From assembly GCA_963845145.1 (NCBI GenBank), contig CAWJQU010000003.1:160001-224000 (forward strand): a stretch of DNA of 64,000 nt. The letters are read 5' to 3'. The DNA is from an uncultured delta proteobacterium (GTDB taxonomy: Bacteria > Desulfobacterota > Desulfobacteria > Desulfobacterales > QNYZ01). A program made the translations under genes and the position numbers. The notes beneath the pieces are model-generated. The model was not told where the DNA came from and ran no database searches. It was given only the letters and a program-made list of their open reading frames with translations. Numbering within the stretch: the first letter of the stretch is position 1; each line of letters begins with the position of its first letter. Of the stretch, positions 45,353-55,606 are shown one piece after another.

Positions 45353-46645
45353 CTATTCTCTTTTTGGTTTTTCAGATAATGCCCCCTTGTCTACAATTGT
45401 TCTGGCCCACTGATCAAACGCACCCAAATTGGCGGTGGTGTGAAAATCCACATGGTAATCACAACTGGCAACGCGCTGAATAACATCAAGGGCCTGATCA
45501 TCGGTGGGTAAATATAACGGTTTTAATATGTTTTCGTCGGATATTTCCTGTTGGTATTCCCGTTGAGCCTGACAGTCGGAAAGGAAAGCCTTTTCACTGA
45601 AAAAATTAAGGTTATCCAGTACCCCAAAGCAGTGCCGGGCATTGTGAACACCATAATCGCACAGGATGCGACGGCCGCGAATGCCATCTGCCAGGGCCGG
45701 ATCCCCGGGCACTTTTTCTTCCGTACTTCCTCCGGACTGAACGGTTGGCAATCCCGTGACCCACATATTGAGCCGGGCCACAGCCACATTCAACAGATTC
45801 ATAGCATCCTGAGAATACGCCAGATCTCCATCCGGCTTTGTCGTACAGGGCATGCCGCCGAACATGCATAACATCCCCGGATTTACGGTCTGCGCCACAG
45901 CCAGCATGAACAACACTTCCGCATGGGTTACGATGATGCAGGCCTCGGGGGTTTGCGGGGCCGTTCGGCCGGCCAAGGGCATCGTAGTCAAACGCAGGTT
46001 ATTGCCGGCCTTAGCACTTCGAACCAACGCATCCATCATGTCGTCCATGCAGATGAGCGGGGATTTGATACCGCAGATGGAATCGTGCCAATCGTCACGC
46101 CCGGCAAACCATTTAACCGCATCCGTATCATCCATATAGGCACTGCAGGTTACCTTAATACAGTTATCCAATCGATCCATGATTTGGTTGCAGCGCAACG
46201 GATCTCCTTTATGGACCTTGACCGGTTGGCTTAAAAACCGCACCACATCAAGATTTTCGCCCACAACTTCCATCAAATGGGTCAGCTCTTCATAGGTTGC
46301 CGGCAAAGGATAAGGATCTTCTTCTCGGTATAAAAAGGGGGGGATGCCGCCAATACCTAAGGTGTTCATTCCCTCGTCTCCAGCAAAGGTCTTGGCGGCC
46401 GAGGCCAGGCATTGGTCAACGAGCTCCGGCAGTAAATAAATACGGCCAATAGAAGGGTCATAACCGGCCAAGCCGGTGGTTTCCAAAAGCGAGATGATCG
46501 CCGGGTTTTTCGTCTCAATACCGACTTCCGCCAAGACTGCTTTTGTGGTCGCATGGATTCTTTCATATGCCGTTTTTTCAGCCCTGAGCAACTCCTGGTC
46601 CGCTTCCGGCGCCCTGCTTATGGTTGTGTCAATATCGATTTTCAT
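45353..46645 (-). CDS. MttB-superfamily corrinoid methyltransferase, non-pyrrolysine (MtgB-like), divergent
   Basis: RIHATTKAVLAEVGI, MPLAGRTAPQT, AEVLFMLAVAQTVNPG, GLPTVQSGGSTEEKVPGD; no in-frame TAG. Confidence 0.8.
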   Translation of the reverse strand: MKIDIDTTISRAPEADQELLRAEKTAYERIHATTKAVLAEVGIETKNPAIISLLETTGLAGYDPSIGRIYLLPELVDQCLASAAKTFAGDEGMNTLGIGGIPPFLYREEDPYPLPATYEELTHLMEVVGENLDVVRFLSQPVKVHKGDPLRCNQIMDRLDNCIKVTCSAYMDDTDAVKWFAGRDDWHDSICGIKSPLICMDDMMDALVRSAKAGNNLRLTTMPLAGRTAPQTPEACIIVTHAEVLFMLAVAQTVNPGMLCMFGGMPCTTKPDGDLAYSQDAMNLLNVAVARLNMWVTGLPTVQSGGSTEEKVPGDPALADGIRGRRILCDYGVHNARHCFGVLDNLNFFSEKAFLSDCQAQREYQQEISDENILKPLYLPTDDQALDVIQRVASCDYHVDFHTTANLGAFDQWARTIVDKGALSEKPKRE

Positions 46646-46698
46646 CGTTTTTTCTCCAACGACATCTTGCCCACTAGCTCGCCGGGGGAAGATTCATT

Positions 46699-49119
46699 TT
46701 ACACCCGAACTTTTTTTCCTTCCGGATCGTAGAGCGCCCTGCTATCTTCGAGCTTTACCGGATAGGTTATCTTGTAAGATTCAACCTCGAAACCTTCTTT
46801 TTCCGAATGGTTTGCAGGAAGGTATCCATAACAGATATTTTTCCCTACTGTGTGCCCAAAGCCTGAACTGGTGGTGACCCCGATTACTTTCCCGTTTTGA
46901 ATAATCGGCGCACTCCCTTGAAGCATCAGCGGTGCATCGGCATTGATCGTGAAGGTGCACAATTTCCATTGGGGCCCTTCCGCCTTTATCTTTTCCAGTG
47001 CCGCTTTGCCGATAAACCCTTCTTTTTCAAGGGCCACGCAAAAACCGATACCGGCGTCGTAAGGCGTGTATTCCGGCGTCAATTCAGACCCCCAATCCGC
47101 GTACCCTTTTTCCAGATGCGTGGACGCAATTGTTCGATACCCGGCATTTGTGATGTTCAGATCCTGCCCGGCCTCCCACAGGGTTTCGTAAACATGACCG
47201 GTAAACTCGGATGGAACGTACAGTTCATAACCGAGCTCTCCCACGTAAGTGATCCGGAATGCCACCACGGGCGCATAACCCACCATGATCTCTCTGCAAC
47301 CGCCGTAAGGAAATGCCGCGGTGTCAAGATCTGCCCGCGTGACCTTTTTCAGCAGATCACGAGACTTGGGTCCTGCCAGATTAAGAACGCCGTAGGCCGA
47401 GGTAACATCGCTGAAAGAAACGGTCCCATCGTCCGGCATGTGGTTTTCAATCCACCAGGAAACCCGAAGTCCAAAGGCAGTCCCCACAACAAGAAAAAAA
47501 CGATCTTCGCCCAAACGCCCTATCGTCATATCACATTCGATAGTTCCGCGTTCATTGCACATCTGGGTATAAATCACTTTACCCACCGGTTGGTCGATCT
47601 GGTTGGCACAGAGCCGATTTAAAAAAACAAGGGCGCCTTTGCCCCGAACTTCGAATTTGCAAAAAGAAGACTGGTCGATAAGTACGACATTTTCACGGAC
47701 ATTTTTATGTTCCGCCGCCACGTGCTCAAACCAGTTGGGAGTCTCAAAGGTATGATCATCTTTTGGCTCGCTTCCTTTTGGCGCAAACCAATTGGCCCGC
47801 TCCCACCCATATTTGGCACCGTACACCGCACCCTTTTCCTTAAGCAGGTAATACAAGGGGCTGCGCCGAACACCACGAGCGGAATCGTGTTCTTCGTGGG
47901 GCCAGTGAATCGTGTAGTGCTTACCGTAAAGTTCGGTGGTCCGGGTTACATTGTAAGTCCGGCTCCGGTGGTAAGGACCAAACCGGCGGATATCCAGCGG
48001 CCATATGTCCAGACTGGGTTCGCCCTCGATAATCCATTCAGCCATCATTTTCCCGGCGCCCCCACCAGCGGCAATACCGAACGCATTGAATCCTGCCGCC
48101 ACATAACAGTTGTCCAGTTCCGGAGCCGGCCCCATGATGGGATCGCCATCGGGGGTAAACGCCTCGGGCCCATTGACCAGCCTTGAAATACCGGCTTCGG
48201 CAAGACACGGGGTTCTCTTCATGGCCGGATTAATGAGGGTCTCAAAATGATCGTAATCCGGATCCAGAAGTTGGGAAGTAAAATCGTTGGCAACCCCATC
48301 AACAGCCCAGGGAATGCCATTTCTTTCATAGCCGCCCATCACCAGGCCACCCACCTCTTCCTTGTAATATAACAGGTTGTCCTTGTCCCTCAGGGTGGGC
48401 AGATTCGGCGGGACTTCCTTGATGACATCGGTTACCAAAAACTGGTGCTGAAAGGGTACCAGGGGAATATTGACGCCCATCATTTGACCCACCTGATATC
48501 CCCACATGCCGGTACAGTTTACGACAGTGTCACACTTGATGTCCCCTTTATCGGTATTGACAACGGACACTCTTTTCCGGTCAAATTCAAATCCGGTTAC
48601 CAGGGTATTCTCATAAATTTTGCCACCGCGGCTTCTGGCTCCGCGGGCCATGGCTTGGGTGATACCGGCTGGATCCGCCTGCCCGTCCGTGGGCATAAAA
48701 GCAGCCCCAATCACATCAGATTCGTCCATGATGGGGAAAAGTGTTTTTGCTTCGGAAGGTGTAATGATATTCATTTCAAGACCAAAACTGCGTGCCGTGG
48801 TGGCGCCCTTTTTCAACTCGAACATCCGCTCGGGCGTCCTCGCCAGATGAAGGCATCCGCTCATTTTCCACCCCGTGGTGAGTCCGGTCTCTTCTTCCAG
48901 TTTATCATACAGGCTAACGCTATACTGTAACATTCGGGTGATGTTTCTCTCCGCACGCAACTGACCCACAAGTCCTGCAGCGTGCCAGGTGGAACCACTG
49001 GTCAACTCCCCTTTTTCAATAATCACCACATCCCGGCACCCCATTTTGGTTAAATGGTAAGCCGTGCTACATCCCACGATACCGCCGCCGATGATGACGA
49101 CCTGCGCACTATCCTGCAT
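46699..49119 (-). CDS. Dimethylglycine/sarcosine dehydrogenase-like flavoprotein (FAD domain + GcvT folate domain)
   Basis: GGGIVG, covalent-FAD motif SGSTWHAAGL, NGPEAFTPDG, GWERANWF, TYVGELGYELY. Confidence 0.9.
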   Translation of the reverse strand: MQDSAQVVIIGGGIVGCSTAYHLTKMGCRDVVIIEKGELTSGSTWHAAGLVGQLRAERNITRMLQYSVSLYDKLEEETGLTTGWKMSGCLHLARTPERMFELKKGATTARSFGLEMNIITPSEAKTLFPIMDESDVIGAAFMPTDGQADPAGITQAMARGARSRGGKIYENTLVTGFEFDRKRVSVVNTDKGDIKCDTVVNCTGMWGYQVGQMMGVNIPLVPFQHQFLVTDVIKEVPPNLPTLRDKDNLLYYKEEVGGLVMGGYERNGIPWAVDGVANDFTSQLLDPDYDHFETLINPAMKRTPCLAEAGISRLVNGPEAFTPDGDPIMGPAPELDNCYVAAGFNAFGIAAGGGAGKMMAEWIIEGEPSLDIWPLDIRRFGPYHRSRTYNVTRTTELYGKHYTIHWPHEEHDSARGVRRSPLYYLLKEKGAVYGAKYGWERANWFAPKGSEPKDDHTFETPNWFEHVAAEHKNVRENVVLIDQSSFCKFEVRGKGALVFLNRLCANQIDQPVGKVIYTQMCNERGTIECDMTIGRLGEDRFFLVVGTAFGLRVSWWIENHMPDDGTVSFSDVTSAYGVLNLAGPKSRDLLKKVTRADLDTAAFPYGGCREIMVGYAPVVAFRITYVGELGYELYVPSEFTGHVYETLWEAGQDLNITNAGYRTIASTHLEKGYADWGSELTPEYTPYDAGIGFCVALEKEGFIGKAALEKIKAEGPQWKLCTFTINADAPLMLQGSAPIIQNGKVIGVTTSSGFGHTVGKNICYGYLPANHSEKEGFEVESYKITYPVKLEDSRALYDPEGKKVRV

Positions 49120-49198
49120 GACATTTCTCCTTACAATATCAGTAAATTTTTATGTTACCCGGTGCCACCCAAAAAACCTTGACCAATAGCGCTTGCCG

Positions 49199-51217
49199 CT
49201 AGTCGGTTGCCTCGTCTACAATTTCCGCAATGTCTTTGACATCTAAACCACCGTTGGCATCGGAGATACCGTCGCCGAGCATCGTTATACAAAAAGGGCA
49301 TGCGGCGGCAACAGTCGATGCGCCGGTTGCAATTAACTCTTCGGCCCGTTCGATATTGATTCTTTTTCCGATATTTTCCTCCATAAACATTCGGGCGCCT
49401 CCGGCCCCGCAGCAAAATCCCTTGTCACCCTTTCGTTTGGGCATCAACAAGTCGGTGCCGCCGTTCACACAGCGAATAAGCGCTTTGGGTGCCTCGACAA
49501 TGCCGTTCCAGCGGCCCAGATAGCAGGAGTCATGAAAGGTAAGATCACCGAGTTGCGTGCCATTTTGTTTAAGGCGGCCTTGTTTAAACAAATCCAGCAA
49601 GAACTCCGTATGGTGGACCACTTGGAATGTCGCACCAAACTGGGGATATTCGTTTTTAATCGTGTTGTAGCAGTGGGGACAGCTGGTGAGAATTTTTTTG
49701 GGATTATAGCGGTTAAATGTTTCGACGTTCTCTATGATCATCGTTTGCGCCAGGTATTCGTTCCCGGCCCGTCGTGCCATGTCGCCGTTACAACGTTCCT
49801 CTTCGCCAAGTATGGCAAAATTGACATTGGCCTTTTTTAATACCCGTGCCAGCGCGCTTGAAATTTTCTTGCCCCGATCATCGAACGAACCCGCACATCC
49901 GACAAAATAGAGTACGTCGGCTTCCGGATTGTCCGCCATCAAGGGCACATCAAGTCCCTTGCTCCAGTTGGCCCGGGTATCATTGGAAAATCCCCACGGG
50001 TTCGACTGGTTTTCCAGATTGGTAAAGGTCTCCTGCATCTCCGGTGGAAACGCTGCTTCCATCAAAACCTGGTATTTCCTTGCTTCGAGAATAATATCCA
50101 GATGCTGAATGTTTACCGGACAGATATCTTCACACGCCCGGCAGGTAGTGCATGACCATAGCACCTCTTCCGAGATGGATACATTGTCGCGAACCAGTGG
50201 CTCAATGGATTCCATGTTTCCGCCTAAAAGCGGCGCTGCCTGGTCGAAAAGGTCATGTTTGACATCAACCACCACCTTCTTGGGAGAGAGGGGCTTTCCG
50301 GTGGCGTCCGCCGGGCACTGCTCCTCGCATCGACCGCATTCGGTACAGGCGTAAAGGTCGAGGACATTTTTCCAGCTTAAGTCCGATACCTTTCCCAACC
50401 CAAAACTTTCTGCATCTTCGTTTTCAATATCGGTCTTGATCATCGCTTTTTCGCGTTCCAATGGTTTTAAAAACACATTGGGAACGGCGGCAAGTAAGTG
50501 AAGGTGCTTGGAACCTGGGATGTAAACCAAAAACCCCAGAATGGTCAGCAAATGAATCCAATAGGAAATTTCATAACCCAGGCTGGTTTGCGATGATGTC
50601 AGAGATGTTAGGTTGAAAAACCGGACAAAACCGGCAGATATCGGGAAAAGACCTGCATAGTCAAAACCGCCTGCTCCTACCGGTTTTTGCATTTGAAACG
50701 CATTAATGAAATGAAAAGAAATGATGATGACCGAAGTAAAAAGAATAATAAGCTTGGCATCCAGGCCATTGGTTAGATAATTGGGTCGGTCCAACAAACG
50801 ACGGTACAGGGCATATCCGAGTCCGATTAAAACGAAAAAGGCAAAAAGGTCAGCCACATAAAGGTAACCCCCATAGATTCCCGGAACGGCCTTGGACAGA
50901 TGCAAACCTGGAAATACACCCTGGATCATCAATTCCAGTGAATGCGGCTGGATGGCAAGGAATCCAAAAAATATCATGGTGTGGGCGATACCGGGTAAGA
51001 TCTTTCGCCGGACGTTTGATTGTCCTAAAATATCCGTAAAAAGTACTTTAATCCTCTCTGTGATCCGGCTGGTGATCTGGTCGACTTTAAGGGTCGCTTC
51101 ACCCTTTACCGCACACATGATATTAAATAGACGCCTAACCCGAACATAAAATATACCGAACGCGGCAATAATAAGGAGTGCCATTGCGAAGGATTTGATC
51201 GTCGTATAAAGATCCAT
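49199..51217 (-). CDS. Membrane Fe-S oxidoreductase (FadF/HdrF-like; probable ETF:menaquinone oxidoreductase)
   Basis: N-terminal TM helices with His (SKHLH); two CxxCxxCxxxCP ferredoxin motifs; CCG domains (GCAGS, CPHC, HDSCY, CCGAGG, ACPFC); directly downstream of etfA. Confidence 0.88.
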   Translation of the reverse strand: MDLYTTIKSFAMALLIIAAFGIFYVRVRRLFNIMCAVKGEATLKVDQITSRITERIKVLFTDILGQSNVRRKILPGIAHTMIFFGFLAIQPHSLELMIQGVFPGLHLSKAVPGIYGGYLYVADLFAFFVLIGLGYALYRRLLDRPNYLTNGLDAKLIILFTSVIIISFHFINAFQMQKPVGAGGFDYAGLFPISAGFVRFFNLTSLTSSQTSLGYEISYWIHLLTILGFLVYIPGSKHLHLLAAVPNVFLKPLEREKAMIKTDIENEDAESFGLGKVSDLSWKNVLDLYACTECGRCEEQCPADATGKPLSPKKVVVDVKHDLFDQAAPLLGGNMESIEPLVRDNVSISEEVLWSCTTCRACEDICPVNIQHLDIILEARKYQVLMEAAFPPEMQETFTNLENQSNPWGFSNDTRANWSKGLDVPLMADNPEADVLYFVGCAGSFDDRGKKISSALARVLKKANVNFAILGEEERCNGDMARRAGNEYLAQTMIIENVETFNRYNPKKILTSCPHCYNTIKNEYPQFGATFQVVHHTEFLLDLFKQGRLKQNGTQLGDLTFHDSCYLGRWNGIVEAPKALIRCVNGGTDLLMPKRKGDKGFCCGAGGARMFMEENIGKRINIERAEELIATGASTVAAACPFCITMLGDGISDANGGLDVKDIAEIVDEATD

Positions 51218-51241
51218 GAAGCCTCCGTTAAAAGTCGGGAA

Positions 51242-52192
51242 TTATCCTTTTAGCGCTTCGGTAAGTTGCGGAACGACCTCAAACAGATCTCCCACAATGC
51301 CATAGTTGCATTTACCAAAAATGGGCGCGTCTTTGTCCGTATTGATGCCCACAATCACCTTGGATGTTTTCATCCCGGCAAAGTGCTGCACCGATCCGGA
51401 TAAGCCACAACCGATGTATAGCTTGGGACTAACCGTTTTTCCGGTTTGCCCAACTTGCATACTGTGGGGCGCAAACCCTGCATCCACGGCAGCCCTGGAG
51501 GCGCCCACCGCGGCGCCAAGCACATTGGCACACTCTCGAAGAATATTGAAATTATCAGCCGAATCCATGGGGCGGCCACCGGTAATGATGATGTTGGCCT
51601 CGGTTAAATCGATGGTGCCTGAGTTCACTTTTTTCGTTTCAAGAATCTTTATCTTTCCAAAATCCTCGACCTCAGTGGAAAAATCGATCACTTCGGCGGT
51701 GCTTGACACCTCTTCCGCCTCGACCGCATTGGGTCGCAAGGCACCAATGAGGTAGTCACCGGATAGTTTTAAGGTAGCCATTGTTTTTCCGGAAAAGTGT
51801 GATTTTACAACTGTTGCGGCCTTAAGATCCACGGCGACACAGTCGAGGGCAACGGGTTCATCGAGCAGTATGGCAACCCGGGTGAGGAGATCACGGCCTT
51901 TAATGCTACTCAGACCTAAAAGCTGACTTATATTAAAGTTCTGCATTGCTTTAACGACCGCCGCAGCCTGCAACTCAGGACTTGAAGAGAGATCGACGCC
52001 CTCGCCGGACAACGCGATCACCGTTCCCACACCGTACTTCTCAACCGCTTGCTTACACGTTTTAGAATCTCCACCAAGAAGCAAGGCATAAACATCGTTT
52101 GCGCCACCATCGTGTGCGGCTGTGATCACACCGAAATTGGCAGGTTTAACCTTATCTCCACTTGTTTCAATTATTACGCCAATGTTTGACAT
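51242..52192 (-). CDS. etfA: Electron transfer flavoprotein alpha subunit
   Basis: GASRAAVDAG, QVGQTGKTVSPKLY, GSVQHFAGM, INTDKDAPIF. Confidence 0.96.
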   Translation of the reverse strand: MSNIGVIIETSGDKVKPANFGVITAAHDGGANDVYALLLGGDSKTCKQAVEKYGVGTVIALSGEGVDLSSSPELQAAAVVKAMQNFNISQLLGLSSIKGRDLLTRVAILLDEPVALDCVAVDLKAATVVKSHFSGKTMATLKLSGDYLIGALRPNAVEAEEVSSTAEVIDFSTEVEDFGKIKILETKKVNSGTIDLTEANIIITGGRPMDSADNFNILRECANVLGAAVGASRAAVDAGFAPHSMQVGQTGKTVSPKLYIGCGLSGSVQHFAGMKTSKVIVGINTDKDAPIFGKCNYGIVGDLFEVVPQLTEALKG

Positions 52193-52250
52193 CTATATCT
52201 CCTTATAGCGTCACGAACCGTGATAATTTTTTTTACGTAACCGCCCTTTT

Positions 52251-52285
52251 TAACACCCTCAATATTGTTTGATTTGAGGGTGTTA
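52251..52285. other. 12-bp perfect inverted repeat between etfB and etfA
   Basis: TAACACCCTCAA-11 nt-TTGAGGGTGTTA; no U-tract in the transcribed direction. Confidence 0.6.
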
Positions 52286-53065
52286 TTACTCATTTTCGAG
52301 AACCTTATCTTCTTCTTTAAGTAATCGGATCAGCGCTTCAACCATCTCCCGGGTATTCCCTTCAAGCATCTTGGCCTCGCCCCGCTCGGGAACCGGTTCC
52401 AATTTCATGAGTGTGGCTCTCTTGGACGAAGGGGTAATGCCCAATGAGCCTATCTCTATTTGTTTAATCTCTTTTTTCTTTGATTTGAGAATATCGGGCA
52501 GTTTGGGGTAGCGAGGTTCATTTAATCCCTTCGTTGCACCAATAACACATGGTAAGGCAAGTTCTAAAACCTCCCTGTCGCCACCACCGACCTCACATGC
52601 CACAACAGCTCTGTCGCCTTTAATTTCAAAGGAAACGACTTCCGTCGCCACCGGTATCCCGAAAGCAGCCGCCAAACGGTAATGGGTCTGCATTCCCTCA
52701 CTATCCACCGATTGTTTACCGGTAAAGATAAGATCGGGTGTTCCATCTTGTTCAATCGCCGCCTTTAATATACGGGCAGTATAGCCACTATCCATAAACT
52801 GTTCGTCCGTCTTAACCAGTATTGCCCGATCGGCGCCAACGGCAAGAGCACTGCGGATGGTGTTGACCGCAGCCTTTTTACCGACAGAGACGATCACCAC
52901 TTCGCCGCCCATTTTTTTGACCAGTTGAACCGCTTCTTCCACGGCATATTCATCGTATGGGTTGAGAACAAACTTGACCGACTCGTCAAAACCGGTATCC
53001 CCAACCGCTTTTATCCTTGCTGCTGTATCGGGGACATGCTTTACGCATACATAGATCTTCATCAT
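52286..53065 (-). CDS. etfB: Electron transfer flavoprotein beta subunit
   Basis: VCVKHVPDT, NPYDEYAVEEA, GKQSVD, NEPRYP. Confidence 0.96.
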   Translation of the reverse strand: MMKIYVCVKHVPDTAARIKAVGDTGFDESVKFVLNPYDEYAVEEAVQLVKKMGGEVVIVSVGKKAAVNTIRSALAVGADRAILVKTDEQFMDSGYTARILKAAIEQDGTPDLIFTGKQSVDSEGMQTHYRLAAAFGIPVATEVVSFEIKGDRAVVACEVGGGDREVLELALPCVIGATKGLNEPRYPKLPDILKSKKKEIKQIEIGSLGITPSSKRATLMKLEPVPERGEAKMLEGNTREMVEALIRLLKEEDKVLENE

Positions 53066-53111
53066 ATCTTCCTTTTAAATATTTTTTTCCTACTTATATA
53101 CATATCGAAGG

Positions 53112-55544
53112 CTATCCTTTTATGGATGTACCTTCAGGGTCATAAATGATATCCGTGACCACTTCGGCGGCAACCATCTCTCCAAAGATATCAATCTCCA
53201 CTTTTGTTCCCTTTTTAATCATATCGGAGGGCAGGTAGGCATACCCAATATTTTTTTGGACATGATGCCCGTACCCTGCACTTCGCAGACGGCTGATGAC
53301 TTTACCTGCTTTAATGACCGCCTCTCCACCATACAGGGTCAGATAAGCTTCTTCATCGCCGATCACCAGGGTGCAGAGTCGCCGGGTAATCTCTTCCGTC
53401 TTTGTCCGGGAAAGTGCCTTATTTCCGATAAAATTGCCTTTTCCGAGCTTCACACAAAATCCCAGGCGCGCCTCATAGGGATTATCATGGCCTGTAACAT
53501 CAGTGCCAAAAGCCAAAAAACCTTTTTCTAGTCGCAGAGAATCGATGGCTTTGTAACCACAGGCCGTCATCTGGTATTCTCTACCCGCGTCCCATAAAAG
53601 ATCCCACACAAAAACGGCTTCCCCAGCCGGAATATAGAGCTCCCATCCGAGCTCGCCGACATATGTGGCCCGCTGGGCAAGAACAGGCGTCCCATTGATG
53701 TCGATTTCCTTCGCCGTCATATAAGGAAAGGCGGCATCGGATAGGTCACTTTTGGTAACAGCCTGAAAGACCTTCCTGGAATCCGGCCCCCACATGCCGA
53801 TAACCGCAAATTCATCGGTGACATTCTTGATTTCGATATTCCCATCGGCCTTCTCCTGGTGAAGTCGGAGCCATCCCAGGTCAGATTCTATAAACCCCGA
53901 TCCGGTGACAATGCGGAAATGGGTGTCTCCTAAGCGGGTAACCATCACATCACCTTCAATACCTCCCGTGACGTTGAGAAACTGGGTATAGGTTACCGAA
54001 CCCACTGGTTTATCCATCTCGTTACCGGTTGTCCGTTGAATCAACTTCAGCGCACCGGGTCCTCGGAGATCGATCTTTCCAAAGGAGCTTAAGTCAAAAA
54101 GCCCGACATGCTCACGGACCGCACGGGATTCATGGGCAATGGCGTCAAAAAAAGCAGGCTTAACCCATCCGCCCCATTCACGCTGATCCTCGCCAGCCCG
54201 ACGCCACGGTTTGTTCGTTTCAAAATAGTTAGGACGTTCCCAGCCGTTTTTCTTTCCAAAAACCGCACCTAAGTCCTGGAGGCGATAATGGAGAGGTGTG
54301 ATCCGTTTGGGCCGCATCACCGTATTTTCGTCATGAGGATAAAACGTTCGGTAGTAATATTTATAGCATTCCTTGGCGCATTCAGCAGAGTAGTAGGGAT
54401 CGCGATATTGAGATCCAAAACGCCAGGGACGAAACGCATAGACATCCCATTCCGTTTGCCCTGTCGTAACCCACTCGGCCAGGGTTTTACCAAATCCGCC
54501 ACCGCCACCAAAGCCTTGCATGGAAGAAGCCGCGGCAAACCACAATCCCCTGATACCCGGCCATGGCCCTATGAGTGGCCCGGCATCCGGTGTAAATGCA
54601 TCCGGGTGGGACACCAGCCGAATCATTCCGGACTCCTCGAGAAACGGAAATCGTTTGATGGTATCTTCCAACATGGGCGCAAACCGATCCAGATCATTGG
54701 GAACTTCAGACGATTCATGTTCCCATGGTACACCATCGATCCAGCACGCTTCCGGATTGGTTTCCCAGCCGCCGACCAGATAGCTCCCCCCCTCGGGTCG
54801 CCCATAGACCAGATACTCATAGTCGCGAAATGTGGGGCTCTCTACAGGTATTTCTTGGCCACTGACACGTTCCATGGCGATATGCTGGTGAATGACGGGT
54901 GTACACGGGATGCGCACACCCGCCATCGCGGCAACCTGGGCACACCAGATACCTCCGGCATTTATAACGATCTCACAGCGGATATCTCCCTTTTCTGTTT
55001 TAACGCCTGCTATATCTCCGCTGGGTGATAATGAGATGGCGGTCACCCGCGTTTTGGTAATGATTTTAGCCCCCATGGTGGTCGCAGCCTTGGCCACGGC
55101 ATAAGTTGTCTCATGGGGATCGATATGACCATCCCCAGGCAAAAAGACGGCCCCATGAATATTGTCCGGGCTGGCCCACGGTAAATAATCCAAAGTTTCA
55201 GCAGGGGTCAGGAACCCCACATCGAGCCCGATACCCCGAGCCCGACTCACGTTACGCTGGAGGGTTTTAAGCATTTCCGGGGTTGAAGCGATGTTGACGC
55301 TACCAACTTCACCATAGGTGTTTAACTCTTTATAAAGCGCGGCGCTATATTGTCGCATACGCATAATGGTTGGCGATGTGTTGAATTGCGTGAGCATACC
55401 CGCCGCCTGGCATGTCGCCCCACTGGTAAGTTCCCCTTTTTCGATAAGAACCACATCGGTCCACCCGGCCTTGGCTAAGTGGTAGAGAACGCTACACCCG
55501 GTTATACCGCCACCGATGATAACGACTTGGGCTTGATCTATCAT
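53112..55544 (-). CDS. Second DMG/sarcosine dehydrogenase-like flavoprotein (FAD + GcvT domains) lacking the flavinylation His
   Basis: GGGITG, SGATCQAAGML, DAFTPD, GWERPNYF, TYVGELGWELY, SLRLEKG. Confidence 0.88.
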   Translation of the reverse strand: MIDQAQVVIIGGGITGCSVLYHLAKAGWTDVVLIEKGELTSGATCQAAGMLTQFNTSPTIMRMRQYSAALYKELNTYGEVGSVNIASTPEMLKTLQRNVSRARGIGLDVGFLTPAETLDYLPWASPDNIHGAVFLPGDGHIDPHETTYAVAKAATTMGAKIITKTRVTAISLSPSGDIAGVKTEKGDIRCEIVINAGGIWCAQVAAMAGVRIPCTPVIHQHIAMERVSGQEIPVESPTFRDYEYLVYGRPEGGSYLVGGWETNPEACWIDGVPWEHESSEVPNDLDRFAPMLEDTIKRFPFLEESGMIRLVSHPDAFTPDAGPLIGPWPGIRGLWFAAASSMQGFGGGGGFGKTLAEWVTTGQTEWDVYAFRPWRFGSQYRDPYYSAECAKECYKYYYRTFYPHDENTVMRPKRITPLHYRLQDLGAVFGKKNGWERPNYFETNKPWRRAGEDQREWGGWVKPAFFDAIAHESRAVREHVGLFDLSSFGKIDLRGPGALKLIQRTTGNEMDKPVGSVTYTQFLNVTGGIEGDVMVTRLGDTHFRIVTGSGFIESDLGWLRLHQEKADGNIEIKNVTDEFAVIGMWGPDSRKVFQAVTKSDLSDAAFPYMTAKEIDINGTPVLAQRATYVGELGWELYIPAGEAVFVWDLLWDAGREYQMTACGYKAIDSLRLEKGFLAFGTDVTGHDNPYEARLGFCVKLGKGNFIGNKALSRTKTEEITRRLCTLVIGDEEAYLTLYGGEAVIKAGKVISRLRSAGYGHHVQKNIGYAYLPSDMIKKGTKVEIDIFGEMVAAEVVTDIIYDPEGTSIKG

Positions 55545-55606
55545 ATCTTAACTCCTGTATACTGTTGCACTCTGGGAAAAAAACAGCCGACATCGAAAGA
55601 TGGACA

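Noticed and set aside
45353..46645. Pyrrolysine or selenocysteine recoding
   Set aside because: The MttB ORF is open with no in-frame TAG, and no gene in the window appears interrupted by TGA or TAG.
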